Shown one piece after another: positions 7,758-15,545 of a DNA stretch of 45,087 nucleotides (the stretch's first letter is position 1; each line of letters opens with the position of its first letter). The notes beneath the pieces were generated by a model. It was not told where the DNA came from and did not search any database. It saw only the letters and a list, made by a program, of their open reading frames with translations. Source of the DNA: a virus; the IMG/VR virus record IMGVR_UViG_3300035137_000084, positions 1 through 45,087 of that record, one strand, 5' to 3'. The translations under genes were made by a program, and so were the position numbers.

Positions 7758-10621
7758 TATATCTCGACTTTGAAACCCGATCAAAAATAGATTTAGTACA
7801 AGCCGGGCTGTACCGCTATGCTGAAGATATATCTACATCGGTTCTCTGTCTGGCATGGGCCATGGATGATGAAAATCCGGAATTATGGATTCCCGGAGAT
7901 CCTGCACCTCACAGATTATTTAACAGCCTCCATGAACACTTCCTTTCCGCTTATAATGCAGAGTTTGAAATAACCATCTGGCGGGAGATATGTGTAAAGC
8001 GAATGGGTTGGCCCGAAATACCGGATAATAAGTGGTGTTGTACCATGATTGACGCACTCGCTCTTGGACTTCCCCGTTCTATGGAGCAGTGTGCTTTGGC
8101 TCTTGGTACCATTGACAAAAAGGACACGAAAGGCAAGAACCTTATCAGAAAGCTCAGTAAACCTATTGCTGCAGGAAAAAAGAAAGGTGAGTTCCGGGAA
8201 AAAGCTGAATTTCATCAAGATTATCTGGATCTTTATTCCTATTGTAAGCAGGATGTCAGGACAGAACGGGCCATTCGCAACAGTCTCCCCCTGCAAGCCA
8301 CTCTTAATTTTGAAAGACAGGATTGGTTGAACACTCTCAAGATGAATCGAAGAGGGATACCAATCGACAAGTTAACAGCGTCAAGTATCCTTGCCCTGTC
8401 TGAGCAGAAGATTGAAAAACTCGATGCCGAGATAATGGAATTAACAGATGAAAAAATAAGCACAGCTCGACAACGGGAAAAAATAAGGTGTCACCTGGAA
8501 GATGAGTTTAAGCTATTCGTACCGGACATGCAGAATACCACTGTTGAAAAGTTACTTGAGGGGGATTTGCCTGAAAAAGCAGAAAGGATACTGAATATTC
8601 GCAGATCGATTAATCACCCATCCGTTGCCAAGTTCAAAAAGATTTTTGTCCAACTCTGTAAAGACAGTACTATAAAAGGATGCTATGTTCACCACGGAGC
8701 AGGGACCGGCAGGTATACCGCTCAAGGTATGCAACCACAAAACTTTCCACGGTTAAGTGTTCTCTATGAGAAGGTAGCTATTGAGATGATTCAGCAGGAT
8801 TCTCTGAGTGATATAGAGCTTGTCATGGGTGACAGCCTTCATCTTTTTTCCGCTTTACTGAGGGCAAATATCAAAGCCCCTGACGGTGAAACATTCTTTA
8901 ATGCGGATCTGTCACAGATCGAAGCTCGTATGGCGGCATGGATCGCTAAAGAGTATCATATACTCAAAGCCTATGCTGACGGTCTGGATGCGTATCGGGT
9001 AACTTCTGCGGATATGTACGGGGTTCCCTATGACGTTGTAACAACGGAACAACGGCAAGGGGGAAAAACTACAGTGTTGGCATGCCTAGCTTCTGGGCAA
9101 AAAGTTCTTACAGATAAAGGGTTAATTCCTATCGAGAAAGTTTGTACTTGCATGAGGGTTTGGGATGGAGTATCCTTTGTCAATCATAGTGGAACTATTT
9201 ATCAAGGAGTAAAAAAGGTAATAAATTATGGGAAATTATTGGCAACACCGGACCACATTGTTTACACCGAAGAAGGGGAGAAAATATCCTTACAAGAAGC
9301 AAACCGGAAAAGCGCAACCATCAAAACGACCGGAATTGGTAGGAGAGCAATTCGGATGGGTGAAAATTATAGATTCACAGACTCGTATGAAAAAGAAAGA
9401 CCGACAAATAAAATGTCAATGTACCAACTGTGGATTGATAAAGTGGATCAGCTTATACAATCTTCTCAACGGCAAAACTGCTGGCTGCCAGAAGTGCAGC
9501 CAACCGAAGTTGGTTCCGAAATGGCTTTTGAAAAGGTGTGCGGACGCAAAATCTCGATGTCAAAACCAACAACACCCTCATTGGAAAAATTATGGTCAAC
9601 GTGGCATAAAGTTTTGTTTCAATTCTCCTGTGGATATGGCTCTTTGGATAGAATCAAATCTAGGATTACACAAAGATTTAGAGATAGATCGTATAGACAA
9701 CAACGGAAACTATCAAGTAGGAAATTTGAGATACTCCAACAGGCGATTAAACTGCTCAAACAGAAGAGGGAGTCGAGCTCTACGGTTCCACGAATTTCGT
9801 CAGAAGTATCCAGATGTAAGGTATGCGGACAACACCTTACGCAATTTGATATGGCGAGGGTTGACCGACGAAGAAATAGTTTATCGTTTCTACAACAAAC
9901 CGAGTTGCAAACCAAAAGGCAAGTATGGGACATTCTCAACGCCGGACCCCGAAACCGTTTCACAGTTGAAGGAAAGCTTGTAAGTAATTGCGGTTTCGGT
10001 GGAGGAGAAAAAGCCCTTGACGCAATGGCTCAGAACTATGGACTTTCTTTTACCAAAGAAAAACGAATTGAACTTGTCAATGCTTTTAGACAGGCAAGAC
10101 CTGGACTTGTAAAATCCTGGGAATCTTTTGGGGACGCAGCAAGAAAAGCCATGGAGAATCCGGGGTATGAAGTACCGGTGTCTACTAATCAAAAGTTTAA
10201 ATTTTCTCAACAAGGTCACTGGCTGTTTCTCCACCTACCAAACAATAGAAGAATATGTTTTCCTTTTGCTCAGTGGATCCCATGGAAGACTCCATGGGGG
10301 CAAATTAAAATGTCTGTTACCCATAGGTGGATGAGTTCATATACCCGCAAATGGGAAAGACGTAGTATCACAGGAGCTTCCCTTTTCCAATCCGCTGTCC
10401 AGGGTCTATCTCGTGACGTTCTAATGGAAGCTCACAGGCGATTGGAACAAAACGGATATAAAATAGTCATGACCGTTCACGATGAATTAATGGCTCAGAT
10501 AATAGACGATGCAAGTTCAAACTTGGATCATTTTAACAGGTTGTTCAAACAGAATCCTTCATGGTGTCCTGATCTCCCCATTGACAGTGATCCGTGGAGA
10601 GGGGAAAGGTACAAGAAATGA
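7754..10621 (+). CDS. Family-A DNA polymerase with 3'-5' exonuclease domain, interrupted by an intein (9083..9988)
   Basis: The start at 7754 (MIYLDFETRS) is coupled by ATGA to the upstream gene. The exonuclease motifs are DFET, YNAEFE and YCKQD. Motif A is NADLSQIEARM. Motif B, GKTTVLA|CGFGGG, is split by the intein. Motif C is VHDEL. Confidence 0.85.
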   Translation: MIYLDFETRSKIDLVQAGLYRYAEDISTSVLCLAWAMDDENPELWIPGDPAPHRLFNSLHEHFLSAYNAEFEITIWREICVKRMGWPEIPDNKWCCTMIDALALGLPRSMEQCALALGTIDKKDTKGKNLIRKLSKPIAAGKKKGEFREKAEFHQDYLDLYSYCKQDVRTERAIRNSLPLQATLNFERQDWLNTLKMNRRGIPIDKLTASSILALSEQKIEKLDAEIMELTDEKISTARQREKIRCHLEDEFKLFVPDMQNTTVEKLLEGDLPEKAERILNIRRSINHPSVAKFKKIFVQLCKDSTIKGCYVHHGAGTGRYTAQGMQPQNFPRLSVLYEKVAIEMIQQDSLSDIELVMGDSLHLFSALLRANIKAPDGETFFNADLSQIEARMAAWIAKEYHILKAYADGLDAYRVTSADMYGVPYDVVTTEQRQGGKTTVLACLASGQKVLTDKGLIPIEKVCTCMRVWDGVSFVNHSGTIYQGVKKVINYGKLLATPDHIVYTEEGEKISLQEANRKSATIKTTGIGRRAIRMGENYRFTDSYEKERPTNKMSMYQLWIDKVDQLIQSSQRQNCWLPEVQPTEVGSEMAFEKVCGRKISMSKPTTPSLEKLWSTWHKVLFQFSCGYGSLDRIKSRITQRFRDRSYRQQRKLSSRKFEILQQAIKLLKQKRESSSTVPRISSEVSRCKVCGQHLTQFDMARVDRRRNSLSFLQQTELQTKRQVWDILNAGPRNRFTVEGKLVSNCGFGGGEKALDAMAQNYGLSFTKEKRIELVNAFRQARPGLVKSWESFGDAARKAMENPGYEVPVSTNQKFKFSQQGHWLFLHLPNNRRICFPFAQWIPWKTPWGQIKMSVTHRWMSSYTRKWERRSITGASLFQSAVQGLSRDVLMEAHRRLEQNGYKIVMTVHDELMAQIIDDASSNLDHFNRLFKQNPSWCPDLPIDSDPWRGERYKK
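9083..9988 (+). mobile_element. Intein (302 codons) in the polymerase motif-B region
   Basis: Block A is CLASGQKVLTDKG, block B is LLATPDHIVYT and blocks F/G are VWDILNAGPRNRFTVEGKLVSN. The following +1 residue is Cys (CGFGGG). Confidence 0.8.
9228..9983 (+). CDS. HNH-family homing endonuclease encoded out of frame inside the intein
   Basis: Frame 3n is open for 251 codons. Motifs present are GEQFGWVKII, CQCTNCG...GCQKC and WKNYGQRGIKFC...IDRIDNNGNYQVGNLRYSNRRLN. The stop lies 5 nt before the intein C-terminal Asn codon. aagg sits 9 nt upstream of the ATG. Confidence 0.7.
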   Translation: MGNYWQHRTTLFTPKKGRKYPYKKQTGKAQPSKRPELVGEQFGWVKIIDSQTRMKKKDRQIKCQCTNCGLIKWISLYNLLNGKTAGCQKCSQPKLVPKWLLKRCADAKSRCQNQQHPHWKNYGQRGIKFCFNSPVDMALWIESNLGLHKDLEIDRIDNNGNYQVGNLRYSNRRLNCSNRRGSRALRFHEFRQKYPDVRYADNTLRNLIWRGLTDEEIVYRFYNKPSCKPKGKYGTFSTPDPETVSQLKESL

Positions 10622-10818
10622 GAAATGAACATTTGTTTAACCGGCTGATCAGCAGATATACACCAATATTTGATAAGACCATGATGTATGGCGTTCCTTT
10701 ATCGGAACTCAATGCGGATCAATTAAGAGCTGCTATCTGCGCTCTTAATGATCTGGAAAAAGCAACACGAATGCGAATACAGAAAGAGCGTAATTTCTTC
10801 AAGAGAAGGAGAAAATGA
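10618..10818 (+). CDS. Hypothetical protein, paralog of 7058..7297
   Basis: The ATG at 10618 overlaps the polymerase stop (ATGA). It contains the motif VPLSELNADQLRAAICALN. Confidence 0.65.
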   Translation: MRNEHLFNRLISRYTPIFDKTMMYGVPLSELNADQLRAAICALNDLEKATRMRIQKERNFFKRRRK

Positions 10819-10822
10819 AATA

Positions 10823-11683
10823 ATGAAAATTGCTTTGATAGACGAAGATAATACTAAATTTCCTAATTTGGCTCTTATGAAAATATCAGCATACCATAAG
10901 TCAATAGGAGATCATGTAGAGTTTTTTAATACAAACAAAGAATATGATAAAATTTACTCTTCTAAGATTTTTACCTGGACAACTCCTACTTCAACAAGTT
11001 TTCCCAGTATAAAAGGGGGAACCGGGTTCAGTTTACAAAGGAAACTACCAATTAGAATAGAATTAATGTGTCCTGATTATCAGTTATATGACACAAAACA
11101 CTCTTATGGTTTTTTAACAAGAGGATGTATACGGAAGTGCAAATGGTGTTTTGTCCCTAAAAAAGAAGGGATGATCAGAAAACATCAAGACATAGAAGAC
11201 TTTTTAAGGCATAAAAGTGCAATACTTATGGATAACAACGTACTCGCTTCTTCTTTTGGTATAGGGCAAATAAATAAAATAGCAGATCTCGGCATAAAAG
11301 TAGATTTTAATCAAGGTTTAGATTCTCGACTTATTGACAATAAAATAGCGAAGCTGTTATCAAAAGTAAAATGGTTATCTCCCGTCCGATTAGCATGTGA
11401 TTCATACTCACAAGTTGAATCTATAGAAAAAGCTGTTAGGCTTTTACGTTGGCACAACGTTACGCCTAGAAAATATTTTTGTTATGTACTACTAACCGAC
11501 GACATTGAAGATTGTATTGAAAGAATACGTTTTTTAAAAGGTTTAAACATAGATCCTTTTGTTCAACCTTATCGGGGCACGGAAAACGAAAATCCAACTA
11601 AGCTGCAAAAACAATTTGCTAGATGGGTAAATCACAAAGCGATATTTAATACCGTTCCCTGGAAGGATTATTGTAAGAAATGA
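10823..11683 (+). CDS. Radical SAM enzyme (CX3CX2C) with a short B12-binding-like N-terminal region
   Basis: The ATG at 10823 follows aaggagaaaatgaaata. GFLTRGCIRKCKWCFVPKKEG is the canonical radical SAM cluster motif. The N-terminus FPNLALMKISAYHKSIGDHVEF resembles class-B rSAM leaders. Confidence 0.75.
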   Translation: MKIALIDEDNTKFPNLALMKISAYHKSIGDHVEFFNTNKEYDKIYSSKIFTWTTPTSTSFPSIKGGTGFSLQRKLPIRIELMCPDYQLYDTKHSYGFLTRGCIRKCKWCFVPKKEGMIRKHQDIEDFLRHKSAILMDNNVLASSFGIGQINKIADLGIKVDFNQGLDSRLIDNKIAKLLSKVKWLSPVRLACDSYSQVESIEKAVRLLRWHNVTPRKYFCYVLLTDDIEDCIERIRFLKGLNIDPFVQPYRGTENENPTKLQKQFARWVNHKAIFNTVPWKDYCKK

Positions 11684-13086
11684 ATAAATTTGTACCAAAG
11701 GATTATCAAGTAGAAGACATAGATTTCCTGTCCACTGCTCGTATAGGTGGCCTCTTTGAAGAAATGGGGCTTGGTAAAACAGTAGTAGTCCTGAAGACCA
11801 TAGAAGCTGCAATGTTTGATTTTGTGGATACGGAAAAAACGTTGGTCGTATCGACTAAAAACGTAATACTCAATCAATGGCCTCAGGAGATAAAGAAGTG
11901 GGATTTTTCCAGTAACTTTTCCTTTACCATTCTTCATGGGGAATATAAACAGCAGAACCTCCTACTTAAAAAGCAGATTTATCTTATCAACTATGATGGG
12001 TTGTACTGGTTGAACCGACAGTACCGGAACAAAAGGTTGTGGCCCATCCTGCCAAAATTTGACATGGTAGTAATAGACGAATCTACTCATATAAAAAATG
12101 ATCAGTCACAACGAAGTCAAATAATTCAGCAGCTTTTCGGCCTTGCAAAGCGGAAAATAATACTCACAGGTACGCCTACTCCCAATGGACTTATTGATTT
12201 ATACGGACAGATCTGTTTTTTAAATGACCGTGTTCTGGGTACTAATCTCACCTCTTTTAGGAATAATTATTTTATCTCGGTAGATGGTGGACATGGTGGA
12301 TATAAGTATGTACCGAGACAAGGAAGTCGGGATCTTATTACTAAACGAATTGCCCATCTGGTCAAGATACGAAAAGCGGCTGATCATCTTGAAAAAGAAG
12401 AGGTCAGAATCAATAAGATAGAATGTAATTTTGATGACAAAATACAAGAGGAATATGATACTCTGGAAAGTGATTTCTTTTTGGAACTGGATGATCAGAA
12501 AGTAGAAGTTTTTAGTGCAGCTTCCCTGTCATCTAAACTTCGTCAGTACACTCAAGGCTTCCTGTACGGACAAGATAAGAAAGTGTCTCAGGTCAATGAT
12601 ACAAAGCATAAGGTTTTAAAAGAAATACTGGAATATTCTACAGGCCATCCGATACTATGTGGGATACAGTTCATTGCCGAAGTGGATCTAATCAGAAAGT
12701 TTCTGGGATATAATGTTCCGGCTATCAACTCCAAAACTTCTGACAGAGACACCGCAAAGTATATTGAACAATGGAATAATAGACAACTACCACTTCTTAT
12801 TGCACATCCTCAGTCAATAGCCCATGGTATAAATCTGCAATCCGGTGGTAATATAATATTGTGGCTTGGGCTTCCCTGGGCTATGGACCATTACCAGCAA
12901 TTCATCGGCAGATTGGACAGACAGGGCCAGAAGAACGGAGTCATAGTTCACCATTTGATCGTAAAGAAAACTATCGATGAGGCCATTATGGCAGCTTTAG
13001 AGAGTAAAGTAGACACTCAGAACAGAGTGATCGATTCAATACAGAAATATCGAGATGAAAAAGAAAATATTGGAAAAAGATGTTGA
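11680..13086 (+). CDS. SNF2-family (SF2) helicase/ATPase
   Basis: Motifs present are GLGKT, DMVVIDESTHIKN, LTGTPTPNGLIDLY and QFIGRLDRQGQ. The start overlaps the radical SAM stop (ATGA). Confidence 0.85.
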   Translation: MNKFVPKDYQVEDIDFLSTARIGGLFEEMGLGKTVVVLKTIEAAMFDFVDTEKTLVVSTKNVILNQWPQEIKKWDFSSNFSFTILHGEYKQQNLLLKKQIYLINYDGLYWLNRQYRNKRLWPILPKFDMVVIDESTHIKNDQSQRSQIIQQLFGLAKRKIILTGTPTPNGLIDLYGQICFLNDRVLGTNLTSFRNNYFISVDGGHGGYKYVPRQGSRDLITKRIAHLVKIRKAADHLEKEEVRINKIECNFDDKIQEEYDTLESDFFLELDDQKVEVFSAASLSSKLRQYTQGFLYGQDKKVSQVNDTKHKVLKEILEYSTGHPILCGIQFIAEVDLIRKFLGYNVPAINSKTSDRDTAKYIEQWNNRQLPLLIAHPQSIAHGINLQSGGNIILWLGLPWAMDHYQQFIGRLDRQGQKNGVIVHHLIVKKTIDEAIMAALESKVDTQNRVIDSIQKYRDEKENIGKRC

Positions 13087-13363
13087 AAGCAGACTTCGCA
13101 AAAAGGTTATGGCCCTTGGCTTTCTGTGTGAGAAATTCACTTCCCCGCAAAGAAGAAGCGTACCGGATAGACTTGTTACAACTAATGGAGGGCGAATGTA
13201 CTTCGTTGAACTTAAAGCTCCGGGTAAGAAACCAACTTCTGCTCAACAGAGGGACCATGAAAGGCGTAGGGCCATGGGCTTTGAGGTTTTGGTAATCGAC
13301 TCTTATGAAGGAGTTGATGCTTTTATAGAGATGCTTAAAAAGATTCCCGATCCCCTGATTTAA
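13055..13363 (+). CDS. VRR-NUC domain nuclease
   Basis: Contains VPDRLV...MYFVELKAPGKKPTSAQ (PD...ExK) at the typical size of about 100 aa. The protein ends in IPDPLI. Confidence 0.75.
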   Translation: MKKKILEKDVESRLRKKVMALGFLCEKFTSPQRRSVPDRLVTTNGGRMYFVELKAPGKKPTSAQQRDHERRRAMGFEVLVIDSYEGVDAFIEMLKKIPDPLI

Positions 13364-13430
13364 AGATTAATTTAATCACTTTTCTGGAAAAAAGCTTTCA
13401 GGGGGTCGGGATACTAAAAAAGGAGGAGAG

Positions 13431-13646
13431 ATGAAGATTATAAAAGATCATGGTTTCTGGGGTCGCTTGGATCGTCCTTGTGAAAAGTGCGGTAGACCTG
13501 ACAGAGAGCATTCTACTATTGATGCTAATTATTACGAAAAAGATCAATGCAGGGAGAATCCGTTGGCCGACTTGCCAGAAACCATTTACCTGATCCAAGA
13601 AGGTGATGAAATCGTCTGGTGTGGCAACAAGGAAAAGAACTGCTGA
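13431..13646 (+). CDS. Hypothetical small Cys-containing protein
   Basis: The SD aaaggaggagag lies upstream. Contains CEKCG ... WCGNKEKNC. Confidence 0.6.
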   Translation: MKIIKDHGFWGRLDRPCEKCGRPDREHSTIDANYYEKDQCRENPLADLPETIYLIQEGDEIVWCGNKEKNC

Positions 13647-13728
13647 AAGAATTATTGAGCGAAGTATTGAGTTTACCACTCAGTAGAGAAGCATACAAGA
13701 AACACAGAAGACAAATGAGAATGGATAA

Positions 13729-13980
13729 ATGAAATTACCACCACTGAAAAAACCGCTCAACGGTTATGATGTATGGATTGGTCGACTGCTCATCCGTTTT
13801 AATATTGCTCGTTCTCTTATTTGGAGTGAGCAGACACACCGAATAACACGGCAGGTTGATCACCTACTAAGTGTCGGCAAGGTGACGAGAATGATTATTA
13901 ATGATCAGAAAAAATTTGTTAGATTATCAGCTATTCAGATCATTATCGGTCCATTAAAGATAATGATAGGCATGACGTAG
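13729..13980 (+). CDS. Hypothetical protein (weak)
   Basis: An ORF only, with no convincing SD. Confidence 0.3.
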   Translation: MKLPPLKKPLNGYDVWIGRLLIRFNIARSLIWSEQTHRITRQVDHLLSVGKVTRMIINDQKKFVRLSAIQIIIGPLKIMIGMT

Positions 13981-14010
13981 ACAAGAGCTGCAGGCTCTAA
14001 GGGAAATAAA

Positions 14011-14244
14011 ATGCAAAATATTTACGACAAATTGATAGACGAGATCCTGCTTGATGCAGGCTTAAATACTTGTACAACAGCGAAAGAGCCAGAACCACTG
14101 ACCGTCGAAAAGGTTCAGGAAGTTATTGCTTTGTGTGGGGGAAGGAAGCCTAAGAAATTAGAATACCTCCCTATACTGAGTGGCATAAAGGAAAGGTATT
14201 GGTACAAATTAAGACCGCCTCTTTTTGATACCACAACGACATAA
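14011..14244 (+). CDS. Hypothetical protein
   Basis: ORF with a weak SD (aaggga). Confidence 0.45.
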   Translation: MQNIYDKLIDEILLDAGLNTCTTAKEPEPLTVEKVQEVIALCGGRKPKKLEYLPILSGIKERYWYKLRPPLFDTTTT

Positions 14245-14268
14245 TGGCTGCGTTTATTTGGAGGAAAC

Positions 14269-14694
14269 ATGATACCAACACTTGTAGAAGCCGTATTTTG
14301 GGTAAGCTTATCAGTCTATCATGAAGCCCAAGGAGAACCATGGGAAGGTAAAAAAGGCGTTGCCCATGTTATTTTTACTCGGGTCAGTAATCGGGATCTG
14401 TCAGCCAAGGAGGTGGTACTCCAAAGGTATCAGTTCTCTTGGGCCAATACCAACAGCGCTAAGTTGAAAAGTAAGATCTGGCATAAAACTTTTGTTGATT
14501 GCTTGAATGCTACCCTCGAAGCCATAGCTGAACGTGCTGCTGGTAAAGATTTTCACCGGGCTGATCACTACTATGCGTTTCAGGGACGGAATAAGATCGA
14601 AGCTCCGAGTTGGTCAAAGAGAATGAAGTTGGTTAAAGATGTTGGAAATCACAGGTTCTTACGAGCCAGAAACGAAAAAGGGGGGTTATATTAA
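14269..14694 (+). CDS. SleB-like cell-wall hydrolase (candidate endolysin)
   Basis: VYHEAQGEPWEGKKGVAHVIFTRV matches the Hydrolase_2/SleB signature (E..GE...G..AVA.VI.NR). The SD is ggagga. Confidence 0.7.
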   Translation: MIPTLVEAVFWVSLSVYHEAQGEPWEGKKGVAHVIFTRVSNRDLSAKEVVLQRYQFSWANTNSAKLKSKIWHKTFVDCLNATLEAIAERAAGKDFHRADHYYAFQGRNKIEAPSWSKRMKLVKDVGNHRFLRARNEKGGLY

Positions 14695-15035
14695 TGAAAA
14701 CAGCAAATCAACTTAACAGTTTCGTTAGATATGAACCCTATGAAGAAGTCAATTTTATATGGGTATCAAACCACTATGACCTGCATCTTTCTGGGATATG
14801 TGACGACTGTGGAGAACTAAGGCGGTTTGAAACCGATTATGACACCGAGCAGGTAGCACTATTCTCGCTAACTGCAGCGGAGAAGATAAAATGGAAGCTA
14901 CGCCAATGGGCCTTTGAGTTATGCGTGGGTAAGTACTGGACATACCCAGATCGAAAGAATGGAGCACGATTTTATTACCGACGGCCCCAATGGTTTTGGA
15001 AACTGGTGTTTCGTATGTATTACACATTTGTGTAA
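14694..15035 (+). CDS. Hypothetical protein
   Basis: ORF whose start overlaps the previous stop (TAATG). The SD is aaaaggggg. Confidence 0.6.
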   Translation: MKTANQLNSFVRYEPYEEVNFIWVSNHYDLHLSGICDDCGELRRFETDYDTEQVALFSLTAAEKIKWKLRQWAFELCVGKYWTYPDRKNGARFYYRRPQWFWKLVFRMYYTFV

Positions 15036-15374
15036 GAGACTTATTGAGATTGTATAACGACCAAGCCCACTCGCGCTGTGCAACTGAGGACTATGAAAAT
15101 GACACATACTAAAAATACACAAAAGAACAAGAGTGAAGCGACGACACGCAGCGTCGGAGTGCAGCATCTTGTTAGTTGGCTTTCTTGCAACATCGCTTTC
15201 TTTTCATTCGGCAAGCATTGGAAGGGGGTTTACTTGCATATATTCCCTCGGCGCTGCCATAGATTGTATTGGGCCAACGGAAAACTGAAGCACGGCAGCC
15301 ACACCAAGGCAAAATATTGGGGTGCCAACTAACAAGCAGTTATATAGAACCAATCAAGTAACAGGGAGGTTGTA

Positions 15375-15545
15375 TTGAAAATAGGAAATTTACTCATAGT
15401 CAAAGAGAAACCTGGGATTGTAAGTGATTGTGCTTGTTGGGTTATTATTCACCGTTGTTGGATGTACGGGCCTTGGCCAGAATTATGGCGATGTATTTAT
15501 GATATGATTTTTGAATGGAAGAATGATCGGCATTTGGTTGGCTGA
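15375..15545 (+). CDS. Possible small protein (56 aa, TTG start)
   Basis: The leader aatcaagtaacagggaggttgtatt is 24/25 identical to the leader of the next gene. The frame is open from TTG 15375 to TGA 15543-15545. Confidence 0.4.
   Translation: MKIGNLLIVKEKPGIVSDCACWVIIHRCWMYGPWPELWRCIYDMIFEWKNDRHLVG

Noticed and set aside
9083-9988. Sequencing frameshifts as the explanation for the out-of-frame HNH domain
   Set aside because: The polymerase frame stays open across all 302 intein codons and the HNH frame stays open for 251 codons. A simple indel artefact would normally break one of them. This cannot be fully excluded without reads, so it is listed as the refutation test of the finding.
9619-10234. 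Two 114-aa minus-strand ORFs inside the intein and polymerase
   Set aside because: They have no start context or motifs. They probably stay open because stop codons are depleted in this dual-coding region. They are not counted as genes.
13080-13295. 71-aa alternate-frame ORF overlapping the VRR-NUC gene; 6615-6848 inside the SSB gene and 2817-3164 inside the primase gene are similar
   Set aside because: They are same-strand alternate frames without motifs or start signals. The contrast is 9228-9983, which has a clear domain signature.
15078-15332. 84-aa plus-strand ORF (GTG start)
   Set aside because: It has no SD, unlike virtually every other gene here, and its composition is atypical. The interval is treated as non-coding or possible RNA.
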